From the NCBI GenBank assembly GCA_050115495.1, contig JASFQK010000008.1, forward strand, positions 1 through 64,000: DNA of 64,000 nucleotides, in the 5' to 3' direction. Made by a program: the position numbers and the translations under genes. Shown in pieces: positions 8,602 through 18,400 of the stretch (position 1 is its first letter; the number at the start of each line of letters is the position of its first letter). This DNA comes from Phycisphaerae bacterium (lineage in GTDB: Bacteria > Planctomycetota > Phycisphaerae > UBA1845 > Fen-1342). Under the pieces are notes generated by a model. The model saw nothing but the letters and a program-made list of their open reading frames with translations. It had not been told where the DNA came from and did no database searches.

Positions 8602-11600
8602 TTACTCGCCGGTGAGCAGGTCCACGAACGGGCTGATGTCGAAGTTGTTGACCAGTCCGTCGCCCGTGAGATCGCCGAGCATGATGTCGCAGTCGGGGTA
8701 CCGCTGCGCATAGCCGGCGGGATCGGTGATGGCCTTGACGAACGCCTGGATGTCGAGGTTGTCGACGACGCCGTCGCAGTTCAGGTCACCGTGCGGTCGG
8801 GGCGCGGTGCAGTCCACGCACTTGATGGCGAAGTCGTCGACGAGCGCCTCGATCAGCGAACCGGGGTCCGTGTCATTCACGCTGAAGCGCACCTGCACGG
8901 TCTCATTCGGCACGACGAAGTCGCTCACCGACCACTCGACATACTCCCAGTCGGCGGCGCTGCGGCGGACCTCTTCGACCGGCGTCCAGTTGACACCGTC
9001 CGTGCTGATCGCGACCTCCAGCACATCGTCCATGCTGATGCTCATGTGATACCAGCGCCAGTAGGACACTTTCGCATCGCGGCCGGCCAGGTCGAAGACA
9101 GGCGACACGAGGTGCGACGGGCCGCCGTCCACGTCGTACGTTGACGGCGAGACGCCCGCCAGCGGGCCGGTGACGAAACACAGGGTGCCGTCGCCCGCCG
9201 TGTGGTCGTCCTCGGGCTGCGTCGCGACGCTTCCGCTCATCACCAGTTGCGGGTCGCTCCGCTCCCAGTTGCCGTTGACGGCGCCGGCGACGACGGTCCA
9301 GCCGCGATCCTCCTCGAAGTCATCCGCAGCGAGGGGCATCCACTGGCCGATGCGGTACGTGAAGGTCTCCACCGGCGCGACGCTCGGTTGCGTCACCGTG
9401 CCCTGCTCCGTCGTCTCCACGCTGACGTAGTACGTCGGCACCTCTCCGCAGTCCCGTGGCGGCAGTGCTGCACGATAGAAATCCGCGCCGAGGCTGGTCA
9501 ACGGCAGCGTCGTGAACGCGCCGTCGTCCACGCGATAATGCAGTTGCGCTGTGTCGGGCACGGTGCTGTGGCCGTAGGGCGTGATCTGTACGTCGAGGTT
9601 GTATCCCACGCCCGGCGCGACGATCTCGGGCTGTCCGTTGGGGAAGGAGATGACGGTCGCGATATTCACGGCGCCATCGCCGGCCAGCGAGAACGACTGC
9701 GGGCCCTCGGGCACGTTGTAGCCGACCACCGCGATCGTCCAATCTCCGGCGGCCGGATTGTCGACGAGCACCTGCTCGATGTTGTTGAGGTGATCGGCCT
9801 GCATCTGCACCGCCGGGCTGGCCGGGTTCAGCGGATCCAGCGTCCAGGGGTAGTACTGCGTGCCGTCCGGGCCGGTGACCACCAGGTCAAGGTCGTTCAC
9901 GAGCGCCGGGACGGCGTTCGGCACCGCCGGGACGTCGTCCCATACCAGGGTGACCTTCAGTTCGGGCGTGCCGGCTTCCACGACGACGGACCGTTCGTAG
10001 GTGCCGCCGTGGTCGACGAGGGCCTCGCCGAAGCGGCCGGCACGCAACAGGTCGACCGCGTTCTGGACGCGCACCGAGCCGTACCCGAACTGGTAGTCCG
10101 GTCCCGCGTTGCCCAGATCGACGGCCGTGTGAGCGAAGATCGCCCGCAACGTGGAGTTGCGCGGCAGCGGCTGTCCGGGGAACTGCGCCCGGAAGTCCTC
10201 CAGCACGAGCGCCGCCAGGCCGCACACCGTCGGCGCGGCCATGGATGTTCCGCAGAGCGTCGTGTAGCTCGTATCGTTGGAAGAGCTGCACGACGTCACG
10301 CCATGGTCGCCCGTCATCTGGCAACCCGGTGCACACACGTCCGGCTTGAGCCGGCCGTCGTCGGTGGGTCCCCAACTGCTGAAGAGCGTCATCGACTCGT
10401 CGTCGGAGTTCACCGCTCCCACGGTGAGGTGGTTCTTGGCGCCGCACGGCGGGGAGATGCTGTAGTAATCGCCGTAGCCCTCAACGTTGCAGCGAACGCC
10501 CGTTCGTTCATTGCCGCCCGCCCAGACCACCCGGAACGGCTCGCCGAGCGAACCGCACACGATGGCGTCGATGAGTGCGTCCGTCGCACAATAATCGCCT
10601 TGCCATTCGCACGCGAACCCGTTCGCTTCCACGTTGGTGCCCAGCGATGTGTTGGACAACACCGCGCCGTGCACGTTGATCGCATCCGCGAAGTCAGCCT
10701 CGATATCGCCCGAGTCCGTGTAGAGCGGCCCGGAGGGCCCCACGCCCTGCAATCCATACGACAGGAGGGTGACGCCCGGCGCCATGCCGCGAAACGCCGG
10801 ATTCGCCACCCCGGCTCCACCGATGGTCCCCGCGACGTGCGTCGCGTGGTTGTTCACACCGGCGCTGTCGAGAGCGTTCAGACGCCCTTCGAAGTCCACG
10901 TGTGTTGCCCGGGCTGTACCACCGTCATAGACCAGCACGGTGACGCCGGACCCGTCCAGGTTGTACGGGGCCTCGCGGACCACATCCGCCTGGGTCACGG
11001 CGCGGTTGCCGTCGTTCACCTCCGACAGGGGCGGCAGCGGTGGTTCAATCCACTGCACCGCGTCGCTCGCCGCGAGTGCGGCCAACGATGCCTCCGGCAG
11101 CTCGATCACGAGCCCGTTCACCGAGTACAGCGTGTTGTTGATGTGCGCGCCCAGGTCACTGACCAGGGCCGCCGCATCTGCCAGGTCGACATCCGGGTGG
11201 AAGAGGACGTTGAGCGCGATCAGACGCTCGCCGGGCGCGGGCTCGTCGACGATCGACCACGGCGGCACCTCGCCCGCGGCCAGCACCGGATGCAACTTCC
11301 ACTCGTCGAGCAGCTCCCCGATGCCGATCATCCCCGGGATCGTCGCGATCGAATCGACGTCCGCTGTCGTCGCATCCACCACGGCGAAGTACGCGCCCGC
11401 CCCGACGTACCGGAGCAGGTGCAGCCCACGTGCCGCCAGCGACCGGCGGTCATCCGCGTTCGGCGGCCCCTCAAACTGCGCCACGACATGCACATCCCGC
11501 CCGCGGGCGGCGGTGATGATCGCGGCGACGTGGTCCGCCGACGGCGCCGGCAGCAGCGCCGGTCCGGCCTTCAGCGGCACGGTTCCGTCCCCGGGTTGCG

Positions 11601-11676
11601 CAAAGCCCATCTGAACCGCCAGCAAGACGAACACCGCCGTCAGCAGGCGGCGCCAAGAAATCTGCTCGGCTGTCAC
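8602..11676 (-). CDS. Secreted S8 (subtilisin-like) serine peptidase with prodomain, accessory beta domains and C-terminal dockerin-type domain
   Basis: Signal peptide; triad VYDGG, NHATHVAG, GTSMAAP; FSSWGP...KPDV; tail GDLNCDGVVDNLDI...GDLTGDGLVNNFDISPFV. Confidence 0.92.
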   Translation of the reverse strand: MTAEQISWRRLLTAVFVLLAVQMGFAQPGDGTVPLKAGPALLPAPSADHVAAIITAARGRDVHVVAQFEGPPNADDRRSLAARGLHLLRYVGAGAYFAVVDATTADVDSIATIPGMIGIGELLDEWKLHPVLAAGEVPPWSIVDEPAPGERLIALNVLFHPDVDLADAAALVSDLGAHINNTLYSVNGLVIELPEASLAALAASDAVQWIEPPLPPLSEVNDGNRAVTQADVVREAPYNLDGSGVTVLVYDGGTARATHVDFEGRLNALDSAGVNNHATHVAGTIGGAGVANPAFRGMAPGVTLLSYGLQGVGPSGPLYTDSGDIEADFADAINVHGAVLSNTSLGTNVEANGFACEWQGDYCATDALIDAIVCGSLGEPFRVVWAGGNERTGVRCNVEGYGDYYSISPPCGAKNHLTVGAVNSDDESMTLFSSWGPTDDGRLKPDVCAPGCQMTGDHGVTSCSSSNDTSYTTLCGTSMAAPTVCGLAALVLEDFRAQFPGQPLPRNSTLRAIFAHTAVDLGNAGPDYQFGYGSVRVQNAVDLLRAGRFGEALVDHGGTYERSVVVEAGTPELKVTLVWDDVPAVPNAVPALVNDLDLVVTGPDGTQYYPWTLDPLNPASPAVQMQADHLNNIEQVLVDNPAAGDWTIAVVGYNVPEGPQSFSLAGDGAVNIATVISFPNGQPEIVAPGVGYNLDVQITPYGHSTVPDTAQLHYRVDDGAFTTLPLTSLGADFYRAALPPRDCGEVPTYYVSVETTEQGTVTQPSVAPVETFTYRIGQWMPLAADDFEEDRGWTVVAGAVNGNWERSDPQLVMSGSVATQPEDDHTAGDGTLCFVTGPLAGVSPSTYDVDGGPSHLVSPVFDLAGRDAKVSYWRWYHMSISMDDVLEVAISTDGVNWTPVEEVRRSAADWEYVEWSVSDFVVPNETVQVRFSVNDTDPGSLIEALVDDFAIKCVDCTAPRPHGDLNCDGVVDNLDIQAFVKAITDPAGYAQRYPDCDIMLGDLTGDGLVNNFDISPFVDLLTGE

Positions 11677-11776
11677 GGGAAACTCCTCACACGAAGCGTA
11701 TCGAAACGAACGGCCAGGGCCGACACACTCGGCCGGCCCCGGCCGCTACTCTCAACAACCGTACTGTGGCTTGGTC

Positions 11777-13867
11777 TTACGGATTGACCACCAGGTTCAC
11801 AAAGGGGCTGATGTCGAAGTTATTGACGGCTCCGTCTTCGTTGCAGTCTGCGTTGTAGACGAAGCAGTCCGGATACTGGGCGAGGTAGTCGTCGAAGGGC
11901 GACGCATGCGACGCACTCGTCAGCGCCAGAACGAACGGCGCGATGTCGAAGTTGTTGACCACGCCGTCGCAATTCGTGTCGCCGGCAACATAACCCGGCA
12001 CAAAGGCCGCGCCGCTCGTGGCGTTGCTGTCCGGGAACGGATGCGTCATGGCCTCCCACGTGCCACCGATGCCCTGGGCCAGGTCGTACACGTACATCGG
12101 ATAGTCGGCGCCGTAGACGGTTACGGCATACGCCTTGTTGTAGCCGCAGGCCAGTCCGCGGGCGGCGGAGTTGTCGGCCGGCACCCTGTTCGCGATGTGC
12201 GTGACCACGCCCGTGTCGATGTCGATCGAGCACAGACCCGACGGTGAGCCGTATTCGTCATAGCCGTACAGGAGCCCGTCGGCCGGGTTGTAGTCCAGGC
12301 CGAAGAACCGCCGCGAGCCGGTGGCCGCGATGAGCGACGTGGCGCCGGTGTTCGGGTCGATCTCATAGACGCCCATGGGCGACGCGGAGTTGCAGAAGCC
12401 GAACAGGCGTCCGCGTCCGTAGGCCAGCCCGCTCACGTTCTCCTGGATGTCTGCCAGGTACACGGCCGGACCTTCGATCGGGGCGATGTAGAGCTCGGTG
12501 TTGAAGTCGCCCGAGCTCAGGTACAGCGTGCCGTCCGGTCGGCCGGCGGCGCCGTTCATCTCGAACAGGAAACCGTTGTTCCACGTGACGTCCGGGTATC
12601 CGCTGAGGTCCGTGGTCCGGGTCGGGAAACCGCCGTACTGGACGCCGACGAACAGCGGGCGCACCGGGTTGTAGGGCTGGCCGCCGGTGTCCTGAACCAG
12701 CGAGATGTCGTCATAGTACACGACGGTCGAGTGCGGGGCGTACAGATCGATGTTGCCGATCGCCAACTGGCCGACGCCGCCCGTGATCCAGTCGCCGGTG
12801 AAGAGCAACTGGTCGTTGTAGTACTCATGAATGGTGCCGAGCGACGTGTCGAGATCCGCTTCGATGCGGATTTCGACCCACTGGTCGTAGACGATCGGCA
12901 GCGGGCTGGTGCCGTCCGCATCGCGTTTGGAGTCGGTCACCTGGTGGGTGGCCGGGTCGAAGTGCAGTTCGACGGCCCAGTAATAGGGCCCGCCGTGCTG
13001 GTAGTGGCTGTTCACGACGAAGTAGGTCATGCCCGACAGGCCGGATGGGATGTACTGCCACGCCGTGAGGATCCACTTGCCGCCCTGGACGCCCTGGAAC
13101 GGATGGATGGCGTCGGCCGTGTCGTTGACGGCAATGGCGTGAGGCGCCGAGTGGGCCTGAACGCTGCTGACCGTGCCGGCCGCCGCCGCGCTGTCGTCCC
13201 AGCCCGTCCAGCCACCGACGTTGTACAGCAACGTTCCGTCTTCGTAATCGTCGAAGGTCTCGACCCAACCCGGTTCGGTCGATTCGCCGCACGGGCTCGG
13301 CCAGCAGCTCGTGCCATCACCCTGGAACTCGCCAAAGTACTGCGCACAGAGGTAGTCGGCGAGGACCAGGCACCCACCACTGGGGAAGCAGCACGCGCCT
13401 ACCTCGGGCTGCGGGCACGTCACGTCTTCGCACAGGGTGTCGTCACCCTGGTACACGCCGCCCCACGAGTCCACACATTCATCGTGCGTCAGATTCGGCT
13501 CACACATGCCGCTCTGCAGACAGCAAGCCCCGCGCGGCGGCTGGGGACACGGATTCTCACCCGAGCAGCTCGTACCTTCGCCGAGCCAATTGTAGCCCCA
13601 GTAGTACGTGCAGAGCATCCAGGTGGTGTCCCGCACGCAGGCACCCGTTTCCGCATTGCAGCAGGCGCCGATGGGCGCACAGGTGACGCTGTCGCAGGTG
13701 GTTCCGTCGCCCATGTACTCGCCGAATATCGCGTTCACGCAATCGGACTCGGTCACCCCGTCGGTGCAAACGCCATCCATGTACCCACAACAAGCGCCGG
13801 TTTGCCCGGATGCCGTCCCCGTAGCCAAGATTGTTACAAGAATCACAGCGGTGAACAGACTTCGCAT
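11777..13867 (-). CDS. Secreted protein with four Cys-rich GACC repeats, a jelly-roll-like domain, a beta-propeller-like region and C-terminal dockerin
   Basis: AGGAGG RBS before MRSLFTAVIL; repeats GACC...C...C...G.Y.GDGT.C; tail GDTNCDGVVNNFDI...DCNEDGAVNNFDISPFV. Confidence 0.85.
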   Translation of the reverse strand: MRSLFTAVILVTILATGTASGQTGACCGYMDGVCTDGVTESDCVNAIFGEYMGDGTTCDSVTCAPIGACCNAETGACVRDTTWMLCTYYWGYNWLGEGTSCSGENPCPQPPRGACCLQSGMCEPNLTHDECVDSWGGVYQGDDTLCEDVTCPQPEVGACCFPSGGCLVLADYLCAQYFGEFQGDGTSCWPSPCGESTEPGWVETFDDYEDGTLLYNVGGWTGWDDSAAAAGTVSSVQAHSAPHAIAVNDTADAIHPFQGVQGGKWILTAWQYIPSGLSGMTYFVVNSHYQHGGPYYWAVELHFDPATHQVTDSKRDADGTSPLPIVYDQWVEIRIEADLDTSLGTIHEYYNDQLLFTGDWITGGVGQLAIGNIDLYAPHSTVVYYDDISLVQDTGGQPYNPVRPLFVGVQYGGFPTRTTDLSGYPDVTWNNGFLFEMNGAAGRPDGTLYLSSGDFNTELYIAPIEGPAVYLADIQENVSGLAYGRGRLFGFCNSASPMGVYEIDPNTGATSLIAATGSRRFFGLDYNPADGLLYGYDEYGSPSGLCSIDIDTGVVTHIANRVPADNSAARGLACGYNKAYAVTVYGADYPMYVYDLAQGIGGTWEAMTHPFPDSNATSGAAFVPGYVAGDTNCDGVVNNFDIAPFVLALTSASHASPFDDYLAQYPDCFVYNADCNEDGAVNNFDISPFVNLVVNP

Positions 13868-14026
13868 GTTTCGTCCTCCTGAATGACACGCATCAGCGCC
13901 GCCGCCCGGCCAACCGAGCCCGGGCACACATCAGCAACACCGGTGAGCACTCGCCAAACCGCCCGGCGGGGCGAAATCTTGGGCGGGGACGAGCACCAAT
14001 GCAGCATTTTACCTAGCCGATAAAAT

Positions 14027-14073
14027 AATTGCAAGAGCAATTGGGATTGCAACCATAACTGCTTGGTAGTTAT
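14027..14073. promoter_or_regulatory. Two dyad motifs in the AT-rich divergent promoter region (candidate operators)
   Basis: AATTGC-AAGA-GCAATT (14027-14042) and ATAACTGC-TTG-GTAGTTAT (14055-14073). Confidence 0.4.
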
Positions 14074-14125
14074 TCTGTTATAGTAAATCTTGATAATTTT
14101 GGATATAGCCCGTAGAATATGGTAT

Positions 14126-15391
14126 ATGAGCAACGTGCCGCCAATAGCGTCCCGGCCCGACTTCCGGGCTCAAGCTGAACACGTTCTCTATCGTGTCCGC
14201 CGCGCCATCGCCGAAGTGATCGCTTCGGTGCCGGGTTTCACGTATTGCCGCCCGAACGATCTGGCCAACGAACTGGGCCTCGATGCGAAGCTGGGGTGGA
14301 ATATCGGACGCTCCATCGAGGGTCCTGATCCTTTTGCCTCGGCCCGCTTCCTGCCCGGTCCTACCGGCATGAGCGCATTCCTGAACGCCGCGAGACGCCG
14401 CCAGACGCCGCGCGAGGCCATCGAGTCAGCCCGCCAGGCCTTCGAGGCGTTCAGTGAGCTCGTGCGCACGCATGCCGGCACACGGAATCGCTTCAACGCC
14501 CTCGCCGCGGCGCTGGCGACGACGGACTGCGTGCGTGCCGACGTCGAACACCGGCGGTTGACGTTTGAGGGGAATACCTACCTCTGGGGCGTTCACGCTC
14601 GCACGATCTTCCGGGCCAATATCGCGCACCCGTCGACGGATCATGAGAACTGGGACGTTATTACGGTTCGCGGTTTCGTGGACTTCCGTCGCATCCGGCC
14701 CAACGTGGCGTGGCGCATCCGCAGTTCTCACTCGGTGGACGCCGAGCACAACGTGCATAGCGAGACGCGCGCTGTGCCCCTCGACCCACGCGTTACGGAG
14801 GGGCATGTTCCGTTGCTGACGGATTTCTGCACGCAGCCCACACCGGGCTTTCGTCGCATCTTCGGGCCGTATGGGGAGCCGCAGTTCGAGTTCGTGGAGA
14901 GCTCGGTGGGGAACAGCTCGCGGTTCAGTTGCGTCACCGGGGAGTTGCTCGGCCAGGTCGAGCCCCGCTACCGGAGCGAACTCTACAACGATTTCTGTTT
15001 CGCGTTCTCATCGCGGACACCGGCGGAAGTGCTGGTCTTCGACGTGCTCATACACTCCTCCCTGATGAACGATACGGCTCCGTTTGCGGCGGAGTTGTAC
15101 AGCGACCTGTTCGGGGGCGGGCCGGAAGTGCGCTACGAGCCGAACGATCGGCTGCCGCTGCATGAGTCCGTCGAGCATCTGGGGCGTGGCCCGGAAGCGG
15201 CACGCACCGCCGATGTTCCCCGCTACCCTGAGATGTTGCGCTACGCGATCGAACGCGCCGGCTGGAACCGCGCGGACTTCGAGCTGTACCGCTTGCGCTT
15301 GCAGTACCCGCCTCTGCCGACCACGATCATGCTGCGCAAGCCATTGCCCGAGCGCCCGGCCCGCAGTGACACGCGAGGCGAAGCCGGTTAG
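14126..15391 (+). CDS. Uncharacterised protein with N-terminal HTH-like motif (paralogue 1 of 3; putative regulator)
   Basis: RPNDLANELGLDAKLGWNI. C-terminal PRYPEML...GWNRADFELYRLRLQYP is shared with 49595-50806 and 50946-52289. Confidence 0.8.
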   Translation: MSNVPPIASRPDFRAQAEHVLYRVRRAIAEVIASVPGFTYCRPNDLANELGLDAKLGWNIGRSIEGPDPFASARFLPGPTGMSAFLNAARRRQTPREAIESARQAFEAFSELVRTHAGTRNRFNALAAALATTDCVRADVEHRRLTFEGNTYLWGVHARTIFRANIAHPSTDHENWDVITVRGFVDFRRIRPNVAWRIRSSHSVDAEHNVHSETRAVPLDPRVTEGHVPLLTDFCTQPTPGFRRIFGPYGEPQFEFVESSVGNSSRFSCVTGELLGQVEPRYRSELYNDFCFAFSSRTPAEVLVFDVLIHSSLMNDTAPFAAELYSDLFGGGPEVRYEPNDRLPLHESVEHLGRGPEAARTADVPRYPEMLRYAIERAGWNRADFELYRLRLQYPPLPTTIMLRKPLPERPARSDTRGEAG

Positions 15392-15477
15392 CCCGGGGGC
15401 TTCCGCAATGAAACTCGCGGCCGCGTCGTCGGCGGACGAACGACAGCCGGTCAGGGCATCAGCCGAGAGCCGGCGGT

Positions 15478-18400
15478 TTAGCCACCGGTGAGCAGGTCCA
15501 CGAACGGGGCGATGTCGAAGTTGTTAACCAGCCCGTCGCCGGTGAGATCGCCGAGCATGATGTTGCAGTCGGGGTACCGCTGCACGTAGCCGGCGGGATC
15601 GGTGATGGCCTTGACGAACGCCCGGATGTCGAAGTTGTTGACGACGCCGTCGCAGTTGAGGTCACCGGGAACGCGCGGCGGGCTCCAGCGGGCCCAATAC
15701 GGCGACACGTAGTCGCCGGCGGTAGTGAAGTTGCCACCGACGATCAGCTCGTCGTTGTAGACCGCCAGGCTGTGCACTCCCGGGCGCTCGGTGCCGCTGA
15801 GTCCTGCGCCCAGTGGTCGCCACGCGCTGCCGTTCCAACGAGCGATGCGGTTGGAGGTGCGGCCGTCGGCAATACCGAAACTGCCCGCCGCAATCAACTC
15901 GTTGTCGAAGACCGTGAGCGCGAGTACGGGACTGGTCATCCCCGCGCCGAGCGTCTGCCAGGCGCTACCGTCCCAACGAGCGATGGATTCACACGGCATG
16001 TCACCGATTGAATGGAAGTCGCCACCCGCAATCAGCAGGCCGTCGTGGATCGTCAGGGCGTACACCTTGCCGTATGTGCCCGTCCCGAGCGGTTGCCAGT
16101 CACTGTCGTTCCAGCGGGCGATGCTGCGTGCCGTCAAGTCACCGGCGTAGTCGAAGTCGCCGGCCGCGATGAGCCCGTCGTCGTAGACGGCCAAAGCGGA
16201 CACGGTCACGCCGGTCCCTCGCAGCCCCAATCCCAGCGGTTGCCAGTCGGTGCCGTCCCAGCGGGCGATGTGGTTACACTCCGCGTTGCCGGCGGTCGTG
16301 AACTTGCCTCCGGCGATCAAGTCGCCGTTGTAGACCGCCAGGGCACTTACGTTGTCATTCATCCCATCGCCGAGCGGATGCCATTCGGAGCCGTCCCAGC
16401 GGGCGACGTGGTTACACTCCGCGTCACCGGCGGTGGTGAACACGCCTCCAGCGATCAATTCACCGTTGTAGATCGTCAGCACGCCGACCGAGAGGTTCAT
16501 GCCCGTCCCGAGCGTCTGCCAATTCGTGCCGTTCCAACGAGCGATTCTGTTGCAGGCGATGTCACCGGCCACCTCGAATTGCCCGGCCGCGATGAGTTCG
16601 TCGTTGTACGCCACGAGAGCACTCACCTGCCTATTCATCCCTGGCGAGAGCGTCTGCCAGACGCTTCCGTTCCAGCGGGCGATGCCACAGCACGGCACGT
16701 CGCCGGCGGTGCTGAACTGCCCCGCCGCCACCAGTTCGGCATTGTAGACCGCCAAGGTCTTGATGTAGCCGCTCGTCCCATCCCCGAGCGATTGCCAATC
16801 GCTGCCATCCCAGCGGGCGATCGACCGGTATGGCATGCCGCCAGCCGCAGTGAAACTGCCTCCGGCGATCAGCTCGCCGTTGTAGACCCCGAGGGCGTAC
16901 ACGGATGCGTCAGAATCCCCCATGCCGGCTCCAAGTGGTTGCCACTCGGAGCCGTCCCAGCGGGCGATGTCGCTGCACGGTGTGCCGCCGGCCGTCGTGA
17001 ACCTGCCCCCCGCGATGAGCTTGCCGTCGCAGATCGTCAGCGCACCTACGTATGGGCTGGAACCGCCCATCCCGTCACCCAACGGCTGCCAGTCGGCGCC
17101 GTTCCAGCGAGCGATCGCGCTGCACGCCACTCCCCCGGCGGTGGTGAAGTAGCCCCCCACGATCAACTCGCCGTCGTAGACCGCTAGTTCACTCACGGTA
17201 GAGGAAGGGCTGTCGATCCCATCCCCGAGCGGCTGCCAGTTGCTGCCGTCCCAGCGGGCGATACGGTTGCACGGCACGCCGCCGGCGGTGGTGAAGTCGC
17301 CGCCCGCGATCAGTCCGCCGTTGTGGACGGTCAAGGCATAGACCGGCGCGTCCATTCCGTCCCCCAGCGGTTGCCAGTGCGTGCCGTCCCAGCGGGCGAT
17401 GTAACTGCATGGCACGCCGCTGGAGACGCCGAACCAGCCCCCCGCGATGAGCTCTCCATCGTACACGGTCAACGTGTACACCTCGCCGTCCATCCCTGCT
17501 CCGAGCGGTTGCCATGACGTGCCATCCCACGCTGCCACGTTGTTCGCGAACACGCTGCCGACCATGCTGAAGCGCCCGCCGACGATCAACAGCTCGGGTT
17601 GGGGGCCGGTGCCATCCGGGTCCCACGTTGTCATGGCCCCCGCGCTGTGACCGACCCCGCGCAGGCTGTCGCCCGGCAGCCAGTAGTCGCTTCCCTTGCG
17701 CTGCATGTCTCGAACCAACCATTCCTCGTTCATGCCGCACGAGGGCCACGGGCAATAAAGGCCGTCCACGCTGTACCACGTCGTGTGGCTGTCTGCCCAG
17801 CCGTAGTTCATGTGCACCTGATGCAGCCCGCTGCTGGTCTGCCAACCGTCGCACACAAGGGCGTGTCTGTAGATGTGGTAGAGCATCGGCCGGCCAGCGT
17901 CGATCTCGGATTGGATGAGCTCGAACCACGAATCAGCCGTGTAGTTGTATCGGGCTTGCACGTTGATGGCGTGGTCGTATTGGAATGACCTCGGCAGCAC
18001 CCTTGGGGCAATCAGCGTATCCGCCCACGAGTAACACACGCCGTAATCCGTCTCGTAGGCCACACCGACTTCGTAGCACAGCTCGGCCACGGCGGCTTCC
18101 TGCTCGGGCGTACAACCCCCGTCGCACGTGTCCGGCATGTTGTCCCAGTCGTAGCCGTCGGAGAAATCCGCCCAGAGCGATGCGCCGGCTGTGTTACCTT
18201 CGCACGAGCCGTCGCCGTCCCAATAATACATCTCGCCGTCGGTGCCGCTCGGCGGCCAGCCGTGGTAATTCATGATCTGGGCCGTGGCGACGATCACGTT
18301 GCCGGCCCTGGTTGGGTAGACAGGATCGGAACCGTCCCAGCAGTGCCAGCATGTCTCTTTGCCCATCGGACAGAGGTTGTTGTAGGGCGGGCCCTCGTGC

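Noticed and set aside
15700..17560. DNA repeat array or diversity-generating retroelement target
   Set aside because: The repeats are in-frame protein repeats with ordinary divergence; there is no reverse transcriptase and no adenine-specific template/variable pair.
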